A DNA stretch of 55,236 nt from an uncultured Sulfurospirillum sp. (GCA_964651755.1 CAZYZD010000003.1:1-55236); one strand, 5' to 3'; counted from the first letter of the stretch, positions 38,329-49,017 are shown. Notes: a model not told the origin generated them from the letters alone. A program made the numbers and translations.

Positions 38329-39642
38329 ATGCAGAGCTTAATCAAACTTACAGAGTTACTTGAATCGAACAACATTTTTCTTACCGGCGGTGCGGGCGTT
38401 GGTAAAAGTTATCTTACCAAAGAGGTGATTTCCTGGTATCAGAAAGAGTATCAGGGTGTCATTGTTCTGGGGTCTACCGGTATTTCAGCTGTCAATGTCG
38501 GCGGTCAGACAATCCATAGTTTTTTTGTTTTCGGGATTGCAGGCAATCTTGAAGAGTTGAGCAGTGGTGACCGGTACAACAAGAGCCGTATCAAAGAGTT
38601 GTGTAAACTACTCAAAAGTACCGATCTGATTATCATCGATGAAATTTCGATGGTCAGTGCAGATTTGATGGAAATGATTCTTTACCGTTTCAGACAATGC
38701 GGATACACAGGAAAACTGATGGTAGTAGGAGATTTTTACCAGCTTCCTCCGGTACAGAAAGCGGGGCGTAAACCTTCTCAAAATATTTTTGAACAGGATC
38801 AGGGAATCTACGCATTTGAAAGCAGTGCGTGGGAGATTTTCGATTTTATGACGGTATCATTGACAAAAATCAAAAGAACCAGCAATACAGAGTTCATGAA
38901 GATACTTGAAAAGATCAGGATAGGGGAAGCAGATGAAGAGGTATTTCACTATCTGGAACATTTGCGCAGTAATAGTTTCGAAGGTGAAAATGATGCGACG
39001 CTTCTTTTTGGAACCAATGCCCAGGCAGACAGGCTTAATCTTCAGAAAGTAGCTGCTGTTAAACGGCAGGAGATTGATCTTCCCGCTATTGTCAAGGTAA
39101 AAGATCCATCCATTGACAGACGCCGTATCGATGGCTGGAAAAAGAATCTGCCTGTTATTGAAAATCTGAAACTCAAAGAGGGAATTCCTGTCATATTTAC
39201 CACGAACAAATGGGGAAGTTACCATAACGGGGAACGTGCTGTTGTGGAGCATATCGACAAAGATGCGATTGTGGTAGAGAAGAAGGGCAAACTGATAAAG
39301 GTGGATAGATTCTCTTTTGAACTCTCCCGTCCCGCACTCTCTGCTGACGGTATGATTGAAAACGACACCGTTGCCGTACTCGAACAGTTTCCCCTGCGTC
39401 CTGCTTATGCTATTACCATTCACAAATCCCAGGGGATGAGTATCGAAAAGCTGATCTGCAATGTAGATACCATCTTTGCAGACAGTCAATTTTATGTGGC
39501 ACTTTCACGGGCGGTAGACCCCGCTTTTTTAAAGATCAGTTACGCACGAAATGATTTTCAGAGCTATCTACAGCGTGCAGTACGTGTAAGCGAACGTGTG
39601 AGAAAATTTTATGACAAGGCAGAAATGATACCGTTAGAGTAA
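38329..39642 (+). CDS. PIF1-family ATP-dependent DNA helicase
   Basis: FLTGGAGVGKS, IIDEISMV, GDFYQLPPV, QFPLRPAYAITIHKSQG and YVALSR motifs. Confidence 0.92.
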   Translation: MQSLIKLTELLESNNIFLTGGAGVGKSYLTKEVISWYQKEYQGVIVLGSTGISAVNVGGQTIHSFFVFGIAGNLEELSSGDRYNKSRIKELCKLLKSTDLIIIDEISMVSADLMEMILYRFRQCGYTGKLMVVGDFYQLPPVQKAGRKPSQNIFEQDQGIYAFESSAWEIFDFMTVSLTKIKRTSNTEFMKILEKIRIGEADEEVFHYLEHLRSNSFEGENDATLLFGTNAQADRLNLQKVAAVKRQEIDLPAIVKVKDPSIDRRRIDGWKKNLPVIENLKLKEGIPVIFTTNKWGSYHNGERAVVEHIDKDAIVVEKKGKLIKVDRFSFELSRPALSADGMIENDTVAVLEQFPLRPAYAITIHKSQGMSIEKLICNVDTIFADSQFYVALSRAVDPAFLKISYARNDFQSYLQRAVRVSERVRKFYDKAEMIPLE

Positions 39643-40509
39643 TATCTTTTTTGCCAGTGTCATGGCAAACCCTTTTTCATAATAGGCCGCCTCATTGATA
39701 AAAAGAGCATGCAGCGGCTCTTCCTCTTCATAATATACTACACTTCCATCCAGTCTGCGAAAGAGGGGATCTCCTTTTGATACCAGCTCAAAATCTCTAT
39801 CCTGCCTCTCTTCATGAACCATTCCGTCAAGATCACCCCGGGCATCTCTGGGGTAGTCAACCAGTTTAACATGATCATAAACGGTAATCTTTTTTGGCAA
39901 TTCATCCTCAAAAAGTTCACCCCTGTTTCGTTTTTCGAAAAAATCGAGCAGATGGGAGACCAGTTCTTCTGTCTGAAAAAAGAGATCACTGCGTAAAACT
40001 CCCTGCGGAACAGCGCCGACTTCAATAGCAAAACCGTTTGGTGCAATCGAGTCTACAAAAGCATCCTCTTCATCACCTCTCCACCGATAGATACGAAGTT
40101 TCGGCTCTTTGGCACAGAGATAACGTATTGCTTCCCAGGTAAGCGGGGTTTCTGAACTGACTACGAGAGAAAGTCCCATATTGGCAGTGGTTGAATGCAG
40201 ATCGACAATGAAATCGACTGCTGTCTCTTTGGCTCCTTTTGGTCCAAGAAGTGCATTTAACTCTTTTGCCCGTTTTGATTCATATGAAGTACCCTCATTT
40301 TGTAAATCCTCTGTTGCAAATGAGCGGTTTAGATCTTTGTCGATATAACGTCTGCATGCTTTGATCGCTTCGGGATTGGTGTGCAGTGTAAGCGTTTCAA
40401 AACTCTCTCTGTCTATCGTTTTTGGATTTTGCTGCCACTTTTTGATCAGATAAACCCCTGTCAGTTCATTGCCATGGGTTCCGCCGGTAATTGCAACACG
40501 TTTGATCAT
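39634..40509 (-). CDS. Aspartoacylase (AstE/AspA family)
   Basis: GGTHGNE, DLNRSF, DLHSTTANMG and FINEAAYYEK motifs. Confidence 0.92.
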   Translation of the reverse strand: MIKRVAITGGTHGNELTGVYLIKKWQQNPKTIDRESFETLTLHTNPEAIKACRRYIDKDLNRSFATEDLQNEGTSYESKRAKELNALLGPKGAKETAVDFIVDLHSTTANMGLSLVVSSETPLTWEAIRYLCAKEPKLRIYRWRGDEEDAFVDSIAPNGFAIEVGAVPQGVLRSDLFFQTEELVSHLLDFFEKRNRGELFEDELPKKITVYDHVKLVDYPRDARGDLDGMVHEERQDRDFELVSKGDPLFRRLDGSVVYYEEEEPLHALFINEAAYYEKGFAMTLAKKILL

Positions 40510-41021
40510 TTCTTACCTTTTAGCGTTTTGTAAATCTCTGCAGAAATCTCTTCAGGTGATTTATCCTCAACATTGATGATGATATCGGCTACTTTTTTAT
40601 AGTCCGCTTCTCTCTCTTTATAGAGCGCTTTTGCTTTTTTGGGGCTGGAAAAGAGAGGACGTTTTGCCAGTTTGTTGCGTGCATTTGGATGTTCCTGGAT
40701 ACGTTTCAAGATAGCGTCAAAACTACTGTCAAGCAAAACAACAGTACCGATCTCATGTAGTTTCTTCTGTCTGAAAAAACCGCCCCCTGTAGAGATAATG
40801 GCATTTTCTACACTCGTTGCCAGCCACTTTGCAGTCTTCTTCTCCAAATCACGAAAGTAGGGCTCTCCTTCACTTTCAAATATCTTTTTGATTTTACGGT
40901 TTTCCAGACTCTCGATCAGATCATCCGTATCGATGGCATAGTAGTCATAAAGTTTGGCAAAGGCACGTGCGACAGTACCTTTGCCTACGCCCATAAAACC
41001 GATTAAGATAATATTTTTCAT
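40506..41021 (-). CDS. aroK: Shikimate kinase
   Basis: LIGFMGVGKGT, GEPYFR, STGGG and RPL motifs. Confidence 0.95.
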   Translation of the reverse strand: MKNIILIGFMGVGKGTVARAFAKLYDYYAIDTDDLIESLENRKIKKIFESEGEPYFRDLEKKTAKWLATSVENAIISTGGGFFRQKKLHEIGTVVLLDSSFDAILKRIQEHPNARNKLAKRPLFSSPKKAKALYKEREADYKKVADIIINVEDKSPEEISAEIYKTLKGKK

Positions 41022-42418
41022 GATGTAAAATCCTCGTCACTCTTTTTCTTTTTTGCTTCAATGATGATTGGCGTACCGCTGAAATCGAAATATTCGCGCA
41101 ACTGATTGATAAGATAACGCTTGTAGCTGAAATGCAGCGATTTGGGTCTGTTCATGATCAAAGCGATACGCGGCGGCTTGATATCAAACTGTGTACCGAA
41201 ATAGATTTTGGTAATTTTTCCATGATCGGAAGGAAGCTGATGTTTTTTATTGGTACGTTTGAGTATCTCATTGAGCTGGGATGTTGGAATACGGAAAGTA
41301 TAGTGCTGATATACCTCTTTGATCAAATCATGGATCTTATGTACCCGTTTTTTGCTCAGTGCAGAAACGGTGATAACCGGTGCATAGGAGAGAAATTTAA
41401 AACGATCACGTACACGCTGCAGACTCTCTTTGTAATCATACTGTGCTTTGTCCCATTTGTTCAGCACTATGATACATCCAAGTTCAAATTTATCAACCAG
41501 ATTGGCAATACGTTCATCCAGTTCCTTGAAATCTTCACTTGCATCGAGTACCAGCAACGCAATATCTGCATTTTCGAGCATCGCCTGGGTACGATTGAGT
41601 GCAAATTTTTCAATACCTTCAATTTTACCCCGGCGTCTGATACCAGCCGTATCGACAAAAGTAAAGAGTGTATCCTCATAGACAATCTGTTCATCAACAG
41701 GGTCAATCGTAGTGCCTGCCACTTCGCTGACTACGGAACGCTCTTCTCCGACCAAAGCATTTAAAAGAGAACTTTTACCTACATTGACGCGACCGATAAT
41801 GGCAATCTTAATCTCTTTTACCTCTTCCTCAGGACTCTGCGTACGCTGTTCTTCCGCTTCCAGGATAGCTTCCAGTGAAAAATCATCTTCATCTTCCTCT
41901 ATTTCCGCTTCAGGTTTGACACGCTCCTCTTCAGGGATCTGGTTTTCGATCCAGTTAATCAGTTTGCGCGTACCACGGTTATGTGAGACTGAGAGAAAAA
42001 AGAGATCTTTCGAACCAAAAGCGGTAAACTCCCAGCCGATCTCTTCCTGTTGTCTGTCATTGTCGATTTTATTGACTATCAGGGCTATCTTTTTGCCAAG
42101 TTTCTGCAACTCGAAAAAGATCTTTTTATCTTCATCTGAGGGAAGCATTTTCCCATCTACCATATAGAGAATTATATCTGCCTCAGCAGCTGCTTTGAGT
42201 GATTTCTCCTTCACTGTTTTAAAAAGGGTTGACGAATCGTCAAGACCACCTGTATCCACTAAAAGTGCCGGTGTTTCATTGAGCATTACCTCTGCGGTTT
42301 TAACATCTCTGGTTGTTCCACTCACTTCCGAAGTAATCGCATCCCGGCGTTTTGCAATACGGTTGAAAAGGGAACTTTTCCCCACATTTGGTTTGCCTAA
42401 AAGGGCTATTTTTGTCAT
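41018..42418 (-). CDS. der: Ribosome biogenesis GTPase Der/EngA
   Basis: Two G domains (GKPNVGKSS, GRVNVGKSS) with an acidic linker; KH-like C-terminus. Confidence 0.98.
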   Translation of the reverse strand: MTKIALLGKPNVGKSSLFNRIAKRRDAITSEVSGTTRDVKTAEVMLNETPALLVDTGGLDDSSTLFKTVKEKSLKAAAEADIILYMVDGKMLPSDEDKKIFFELQKLGKKIALIVNKIDNDRQQEEIGWEFTAFGSKDLFFLSVSHNRGTRKLINWIENQIPEEERVKPEAEIEEDEDDFSLEAILEAEEQRTQSPEEEVKEIKIAIIGRVNVGKSSLLNALVGEERSVVSEVAGTTIDPVDEQIVYEDTLFTFVDTAGIRRRGKIEGIEKFALNRTQAMLENADIALLVLDASEDFKELDERIANLVDKFELGCIIVLNKWDKAQYDYKESLQRVRDRFKFLSYAPVITVSALSKKRVHKIHDLIKEVYQHYTFRIPTSQLNEILKRTNKKHQLPSDHGKITKIYFGTQFDIKPPRIALIMNRPKSLHFSYKRYLINQLREYFDFSGTPIIIEAKKKKSDEDFTS

Positions 42419-42538
42419 AATTTCTACTCTTTTGTATTTATTATCTAATATAACATATATTTTGTGAAAATTGATTATAGCAAAAAAGATTTGTTCACTG
42501 TCAAGGGAGTTACGCTCTTATTTTGCTACAATTAATAG

Positions 42539-43267
42539 ATGAAAAAAATAGTACTTTTTATTTTATTTACTACATTACTGTTGTTTGGGGCAAAACCACG
42601 TACATTAGAAGCAGAGTATGCTATCTCCTATGCCATTTTTGGGAAAATCGGTCAGGCAGAAGCCAGATTGCAGGTTCAAAATAACAGATACCATATTGAA
42701 ATTAAAGCTGAAGCGACTGGTATTGCAAAGTTTATGAGCAATCAACGTATCGAACGATACAGCAGCAGTGGTATTATAGAAAATGGAAGATTACAGCCGG
42801 AACGCTTCATATTAGAGACACGCAAAGGCAAATATTTCAAAAAAGAGCACCATTTTCTTTTCGATCATCTTCAAAAAAAAGTAAAACATCTTACATATAT
42901 TATAGATAAAGAGGAAAAAAGAGAGAACGAAGAGATACTCTCCTATTATGCCAGAGACGATATATTAACTCTTTTTTTCAATCTGCGCTTCTATCTTCAG
43001 AAAGAGTGTAAAACAGGAAAATGTACCCTTGTTGCAGCAGGGGCAAATGAGAAAGATGGTCGTGTAGATATTATTTCACTGGGCAAAAACAGATTTAAAG
43101 TGATTTTGCACCGCCGTATATTTGCCAGTAAACAGGGTGAAATGGAGATTCATATCAATGAGATGGGTATCTGTGATTTTGCACTTTTGAAAGATGTGGT
43201 ATTTTTTGGAGATGTAAAGGCAAATACAACTAAAATATCTTATCCAAAGAGAGAGGTAGAACAATGA
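42539..43267 (+). CDS. Exported protein, DUF3108-like
   Basis: Signal peptide; [19 protein letters not shown] and DDILTLFFN patterns. Confidence 0.7.
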   Translation: MKKIVLFILFTTLLLFGAKPRTLEAEYAISYAIFGKIGQAEARLQVQNNRYHIEIKAEATGIAKFMSNQRIERYSSSGIIENGRLQPERFILETRKGKYFKKEHHFLFDHLQKKVKHLTYIIDKEEKRENEEILSYYARDDILTLFFNLRFYLQKECKTGKCTLVAAGANEKDGRVDIISLGKNRFKVILHRRIFASKQGEMEIHINEMGICDFALLKDVVFFGDVKANTTKISYPKREVEQ

Positions 43268-44061
43268 TTTTGATATCTGGACCATGTGTAATAGAAAACA
43301 GAGAAAATTTAATGCGTATTGCAGAGGGACTTCAAAAGTATCATGAAGATACCAATATCGATTTCTATTTTAAAGCCAGCTATGATAAAGCGAACAGAAC
43401 ATCACTTGACAGTTTTCGTGGTCCGGGATTGCATGAAGGATTGAAAATGCTGCAGGAGGTACAAAAAGAGTTTGGATACAAGCTTTTGACAGATGTACAT
43501 GAGACCTGGCAGATCAATGAAGCTTCCGATGTTGTGGATGTTTTGCAAATTCCTGCTTTTTTGTGCCGACAGACCGACCTGCTTGTCGCTGCAGCACAGA
43601 CGGAGTGCATTGTCAATATCAAAAAAGGGCAGTTTATGAATCCCCTGGATATGGAGTATTCCGCACTAAAAGTATTACAAACCAGAGGTGTTGAAAACGC
43701 CACCTATGCCCAGAGTCAAAAACATGGACTCTGGCTCACAGAGAGAGGCAGCAGTTTCGGTTATGGCAATCTGGTAGTGGATATGCGTTCACTGGTGATC
43801 ATGAGACAATTTGCACCGGTGATTTTTGATGCGACACATGCGGTACAGATGCCGGGCGGAGCAGGAGGAAAAAGCAGCGGAAAAAGAGAGTTTGTCGCAC
43901 CGCTTGCACGTGCTGCGGCAGCGGTAGGAGTGGATGGATTTTTCTTTGAAACACATTTTGATCCTTCTATCGCGTTGAGTGACGGTCCCAATATGCTGAC
44001 ACTGGAAGATTTACATACGACAATTACAGATATCCAGAAGATTGGAGCGTGTGTAAACTGA
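43264..44061 (+). CDS. kdsA: KDO 8-phosphate synthase
   Basis: [29 protein letters not shown] and FDATHAVQ motifs. Confidence 0.98.
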   Translation: MILISGPCVIENRENLMRIAEGLQKYHEDTNIDFYFKASYDKANRTSLDSFRGPGLHEGLKMLQEVQKEFGYKLLTDVHETWQINEASDVVDVLQIPAFLCRQTDLLVAAAQTECIVNIKKGQFMNPLDMEYSALKVLQTRGVENATYAQSQKHGLWLTERGSSFGYGNLVVDMRSLVIMRQFAPVIFDATHAVQMPGGAGGKSSGKREFVAPLARAAAAVGVDGFFFETHFDPSIALSDGPNMLTLEDLHTTITDIQKIGACVN

Positions 44062-44078
44062 TTTTTTATAAGAGGAAG

Positions 44079-44105
44079 TAAAGGATTTTTTATAATTGTC
44101 GATAT
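44079..44105 (+). promoter_or_regulatory. Sigma28 (FliA)-type promoter, overlapping a TATAAT box
   Basis: TAAA (44079-82), N15, GTCGATAT (44098-105); TATAAT at 44091-96. Confidence 0.6.
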
Positions 44106-44172
44106 AACTGCAACGAAGCTATATTTTGCCGGTTTTAGTTATATATAGATTAAATTATAAGGAGTCTGTTTT

Positions 44173-47016
44173 ATGGTATTGCAGAAACTATTTGTACCTC
44201 TTGTTTCTGTCATGAACAAACTTCCTTTTAAACTTAAAATTCTTCTTTCTGTTTCAATTCTCTTTATTTTGCTTATTGCTCCTTCCTATGGCGGGTTTAT
44301 GGATTTTATAGAAAAGAAAAGTTTGTATAACAAGCAGTTGGTCGGCTTGGATTATGTAGAGCGTTTGCAGAGTATCATCGAGACTGTTCAGGTTCACAGG
44401 GGACTGAGTAACGGGTATTTTAACGGAAACAGAGCGTATCGTCAAAAGATTATAACGACTGAAAATATGCTCCAGAAAAAGGTTATTGAGTTTATAGATT
44501 TTGATGAAAAGCATTTACAGTTGCTAAAAAGAAGTAAATCTTTTGTCAATGCTTTGAGTCTGCTTGAAGCGGTAAAGTTAAATCATGTCACAAGAGAACA
44601 TTCCACAGATGAAATCTTCAAAACACATAATCAGATCATCCACTTTTTTATCAAAACACTTAAAGAGATAGCTCAAAAGAGTTCCTTTGACTCAAGTGAT
44701 GACATCAGAATCAAATATATTGCACAGATTCTCAGTGAAAAACTTTTACTCTTACAAGAATATACAGGGCAAATCAGGGGATTGGCGACAGGTATTTTTA
44801 CAAAGAAAAAAGTGACTGAAGCACAGATTGAAGAGTTACTTAAACTTTATACACTTATCAATAGTATGAAGATGATTTTACTGGATAACAGTGTTTTACT
44901 AAATACGAACAACTATCTTATGATACAAAAAGAGACAATATTTGCAGACAATAAATTAAAAGAGCTACTCTTTGTAGTCAATAAAAATATTATTGTCAAC
45001 CATAAATTACTGGCATACAACGGCAACCTCTTCTTTAAAAAGGCAAGTGAAGCGATCAATGCACAAACCAGACTCTATCAACTTTATGCTGCTGATTATC
45101 GTCAAATTCTGACAAATACCCAAAAAGAGATGTATTTAAAATATGCCTATTTATTTTCAGGGTTTCTTCTGATCATTTTGCTGGCATTTTATATTTTCGG
45201 TGCTTTTTACCACTCTGTTACAGGAAGTCTGAAAAAATTGCAAATTGCTTCCAAAATGATTGCAGAGGGGAAAACAGATATTCATATAGAAGCAGATACA
45301 AAAGATGAAATATCTGATGCACTGCTTGCTTTTAACCATATGAGTCATAAATTGAATGAAAATATATCGTTCCTGAATGGTTATAAAATGGCTATAGATG
45401 AAACAAGTATCGTTTCCAAAACCAATAAAAAAGGGATTATTACCTATGTAAACAAAATGTTTTGTGAAATTTCCGGATATACAGAAGAGGAGCTTCTGGG
45501 ATTTCCGCACAACATTGTTCGCCATCCTGAAACACCGAAAGCAGCATTTGAAGATTTGTGGAAAACCATCAAATCGGGTAAAATCTGGAAAGGTATTATC
45601 AAGAACAGAAAAAAAGATGGTGAATACTATATCGTTGATGCTACGGTGATTCCCATCCTGGATGAGAAGGGGAAAGTTCTGGAATATGTAGCGGTACGTC
45701 ATGATATTACAGAACTGGAGAGGAGTAAAGAGGAACTCAAAAAACAAAAACTCGATTTTCTAACAGCACTTCCCAACAGAAATCAACTGCTTGAAGATTT
45801 GAAAACAGTTCCTAAACCAATTCTCTTTTATTTCAATATCGATGCATTTGCAGCATTGAATGATTTTTACGGTACTGATGCGGGAGACAAAGTATTGCTC
45901 GATCTTGCTGCACTCTTTAAAGAGATAGCACAAAGCAGCGGTGCACGCATTTATAAGCTGCAGGCAGACGGTTTTATACTGCTGTTTGAAGAGGGAAAAG
46001 TCAATAAAAAGAATTACCAGCAAATATATAGCACAATAGTTGACTATATCGAAGCTAAAACGTTGGATTGTATTTCGGATACCTGTATCAGTATTACTCT
46101 CAGTGGAAGTGTTGTTTTCTACGATGCAGACAAAGATTATGAAAAATTGCTCGCTTTTGTGGATGTTGCACGGAAATTTGCACTAAAAGAGAATAAAAAA
46201 TTTATGTTATATAGACAGGAAATGCGCAAAGAGGAAGATTACGCCAACAATATTACCTGGATAAACAAGATCAAAGAGGCTATTGCGCAGGATCGTATCG
46301 TGCCTTTTTTCCAGCCTATTGTCGACAATAAAATTGGTGCAGTTACAAAATATGAAGCTCTGGTACGTTTTATCGAAAAAGATGGTAAAGTTGTTTCTCC
46401 TTTTTTCTTTCTGGATATCGCAAAAAAAGCCAATCTTTATACACAGATTACGAAAATTGTCATCGACAAAACTTTCAGAAAATTTGAGAACCTGCCACAA
46501 TATGAGTTTTCAATCAATATCTCTGTAGAAGATATCTATAATGAAGAGGTAAGTGCTTATATCTATAAGAAATTGCAAAATTTCCGCAATCCAAAACAGG
46601 TTGTATTTGAGATCACTGAATCTGAAGAGATTAAAGATTATACAAAAGTGAACACCTTTATAGAGCAGATAAAAAGTTATGGCGCAAAAATATCAATTGA
46701 CGATTTTGGAAGCGGATATGCCAACTTTGAACATATTCTCTCTTTAAAAGCGGATTATATCAAGATAGACGGTTCTTTGGTTAAAAATATCGATACCGAC
46801 GAACATTCACGTATCATTATTGAAGCGATTATCGCTTTTTGCAAAAAGCTTGGCAGTAAAACAGTTGTGGAATTTGTCCATAATGAAACAGTGTCCAAAA
46901 AAGTAATCGATCTGGGCGCGGACTATTCGCAGGGCTTTTTTCTTGGAGAACCTTCAGAAGTCGTAGCACATGAACATCTCATCAATACCCAGGAACAAAC
47001 GCAAAATATCCGGTAA
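44173..47016 (+). CDS. Sensor phosphodiesterase: TM, NIT-like, HAMP, PAS, degenerate GGDEF, EAL
   Basis: VQVHRGLS and QEYTGQIRG resemble NIT motifs; HAMP (DEISD..AFN.M); PAS (IVRHP..W..I..G..W); LQADGF degenerate GGDEF; YEALVR, IDDFGSG and SQGF. Confidence 0.9.
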   Translation: MVLQKLFVPLVSVMNKLPFKLKILLSVSILFILLIAPSYGGFMDFIEKKSLYNKQLVGLDYVERLQSIIETVQVHRGLSNGYFNGNRAYRQKIITTENMLQKKVIEFIDFDEKHLQLLKRSKSFVNALSLLEAVKLNHVTREHSTDEIFKTHNQIIHFFIKTLKEIAQKSSFDSSDDIRIKYIAQILSEKLLLLQEYTGQIRGLATGIFTKKKVTEAQIEELLKLYTLINSMKMILLDNSVLLNTNNYLMIQKETIFADNKLKELLFVVNKNIIVNHKLLAYNGNLFFKKASEAINAQTRLYQLYAADYRQILTNTQKEMYLKYAYLFSGFLLIILLAFYIFGAFYHSVTGSLKKLQIASKMIAEGKTDIHIEADTKDEISDALLAFNHMSHKLNENISFLNGYKMAIDETSIVSKTNKKGIITYVNKMFCEISGYTEEELLGFPHNIVRHPETPKAAFEDLWKTIKSGKIWKGIIKNRKKDGEYYIVDATVIPILDEKGKVLEYVAVRHDITELERSKEELKKQKLDFLTALPNRNQLLEDLKTVPKPILFYFNIDAFAALNDFYGTDAGDKVLLDLAALFKEIAQSSGARIYKLQADGFILLFEEGKVNKKNYQQIYSTIVDYIEAKTLDCISDTCISITLSGSVVFYDADKDYEKLLAFVDVARKFALKENKKFMLYRQEMRKEEDYANNITWINKIKEAIAQDRIVPFFQPIVDNKIGAVTKYEALVRFIEKDGKVVSPFFFLDIAKKANLYTQITKIVIDKTFRKFENLPQYEFSINISVEDIYNEEVSAYIYKKLQNFRNPKQVVFEITESEEIKDYTKVNTFIEQIKSYGAKISIDDFGSGYANFEHILSLKADYIKIDGSLVKNIDTDEHSRIIIEAIIAFCKKLGSKTVVEFVHNETVSKKVIDLGADYSQGFFLGEPSEVVAHEHLINTQEQTQNIR

Positions 47017-47022
47017 AACAGA

Positions 47023-47730
47023 TTATTTTATTGCCAGAAATCCTTCAAAATTCATAAATTTCTGTATCGTAATAATATCTACAAAACCGGCACGTTTAAG
47101 CATATCGATATTGCCTTCGGTGGAAAAAGGTTCCAAAACACCCTTCAAACTTCTCGATTTACCAATAATCTCTTCCGGAGTATATCCCTGATCCAGTTTA
47201 TAATCAGTATAAAGTCCTGTCATAATATCCTGAAATCTTGCATCATTTGCACGGACTTTTTCAAACATTATAAACGCACCGCCCCAGTGCAGTTTCCGAT
47301 AAATGGTATCAATCAGGTTTTGACGCAGTTTGGGATGAATAAACTGTACCGTATAGTAGGCGATGATCAAATCTGACATCTCATAGGCGTATGTGTTGAT
47401 ATCTGCCTCCAGAAATGTAAGATTTGGACGCTTATAAAGAGAAACAGCTTTTTGCACCATATCTGCCTCTTTTTCGATACCGATAAACTGCGCATTTCTG
47501 AAATCATGATGCAGTGCAAGTTTGTGACTCAAAAGACCTGTTGAAGCGCCCAGCTCATAACAAATCGAATCTTCTTTCACAAAATAGTCACTCACTTTTA
47601 CAATAAGTTCATGTCCCTCCTCATAAAGAGGAATAGATTTACGCACATGTTTCTCAAACTGTTCGACGACATCGCCTTTAAATTGCCAGTTTGCATTTTG
47701 TGCCTGGATGCCGTCACCTGAATTTTTCAT
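47023..47730 (-). CDS. CmoA-like SAM-dependent methyltransferase / carboxy-SAM synthase homolog
   Basis: W.F...V..F..HVRKSIPLY, YELGASTG and FIMFEKV motifs; AGF..NFEGFLAIK C-terminus. Confidence 0.8.
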   Translation of the reverse strand: MKNSGDGIQAQNANWQFKGDVVEQFEKHVRKSIPLYEEGHELIVKVSDYFVKEDSICYELGASTGLLSHKLALHHDFRNAQFIGIEKEADMVQKAVSLYKRPNLTFLEADINTYAYEMSDLIIAYYTVQFIHPKLRQNLIDTIYRKLHWGGAFIMFEKVRANDARFQDIMTGLYTDYKLDQGYTPEEIIGKSRSLKGVLEPFSTEGNIDMLKRAGFVDIITIQKFMNFEGFLAIK

Positions 47731-47739
47731 ACTTTTTTC

Positions 47740-49017
47740 CTAATGAATCGTGCTACTGATACCCATATTGGCACTATGATAGATTACCGTACCATATTTT
47801 TTGCTGAAATATTCCATCAGCAGTTTCTGAAGTGTCGGTTCAATTGAGGGCGTAAACCAGGCGTTATTGGAGATAGCGATCATCTGTTTGGGATTACCTT
47901 CAAAAAGTTCTTCTCTGGTAGCTTCATAACAGATAGCGTTGCGAAAAGTACCTGTTGAAAGTTTTAAATCAATCGGTTTTTTGGCAGTATGGTAATCTTC
48001 TGCCCCATTATAAAAGATTTTATTGATCCATTTAGCTATGAATTTTGGAAGAGGTATCTCTTCTCCAAAAGGTACCAGAATCACTTTATTGGCAATATAG
48101 ACTTTTCCTTTATCGAAATAGTAGGTGCTGTTATAGGCATTCTTTCCGTCACTGTAAAGCGCTCCTGCAACGATTACAATATCTTTTGAAAGTTCCTGAA
48201 GCTGTTTTGTCAAATTGATGTCAGTGTTGAGAAACATAGGAAATACACTCTCATTAAGAATCACCATCTCATACTTTTCATTGATAGCATCGAGTATGGT
48301 GGCGATATTGTTTTCAATAGTTTCAGGCAGATAGGCTTCATCCCATTTTCGACTCTGATCCACTCTGGAGTCTGTAAGCATGATCTTTGTTTCAGGCAGC
48401 GGAAGTTTTTGATTATATGCAGGATTGATTGTCAGCAGAAGTGGGAGAAGGCTTGTTATTTTGTATTTTCGGGGTAGAGAAACAAATAAAACAATTGATG
48501 CCAAAAAGAGTGCAAACTGCCATTTCTCTATACCAAAAAAAGAGTGAACCAGCGTCAATTCCGGAATAAACCAGTTAAAAGAGACTGGATGTATATAACT
48601 AAACAGCACAAACAGCAGTGCCCGCGGTAAAGGATGCGGGAAAAGCCCAATCAACCAGAAAAGCAGACCATAGATAAAAGATACAAAAAAGACCATAAGC
48701 GGTATCATCCAGGTAATACCATAAAACCGGAAAGAGAAACCTATCCAGTAAAACCAGAAGAGACCAATAAAAAAACCGCTCCAAAAAAGTGTACTTCTGC
48801 TTTGTGTCAGAAGCAGATAAAACGCGCCTAGTGCACTCAGTGAGGTGATAACGGCAACTGCAAGCTGATGATGAAAACCAAAGTAATAGAGATATATAAA
48901 GGCAGAGAAGAGCAGGGCAGTCAGCAATGCAGTTGCAATAATTTTCAACTGAAAAAAGCTTTTTGCTTCTGCTGCTCCAAAATGCGGTTTTTCGATTTTA
49001 AACAGGGATCTATACAT
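47740..49017 (-). CDS. lnt: Apolipoprotein N-acyltransferase
   Basis: NESVFP, KVILVPFGE, ICYE and SNNAWF (E-K-C triad); FYWI TM motif. Confidence 0.95.
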   Translation of the reverse strand: MYRSLFKIEKPHFGAAEAKSFFQLKIIATALLTALLFSAFIYLYYFGFHHQLAVAVITSLSALGAFYLLLTQSRSTLFWSGFFIGLFWFYWIGFSFRFYGITWMIPLMVFFVSFIYGLLFWLIGLFPHPLPRALLFVLFSYIHPVSFNWFIPELTLVHSFFGIEKWQFALFLASIVLFVSLPRKYKITSLLPLLLTINPAYNQKLPLPETKIMLTDSRVDQSRKWDEAYLPETIENNIATILDAINEKYEMVILNESVFPMFLNTDINLTKQLQELSKDIVIVAGALYSDGKNAYNSTYYFDKGKVYIANKVILVPFGEEIPLPKFIAKWINKIFYNGAEDYHTAKKPIDLKLSTGTFRNAICYEATREELFEGNPKQMIAISNNAWFTPSIEPTLQKLLMEYFSKKYGTVIYHSANMGISSTIH

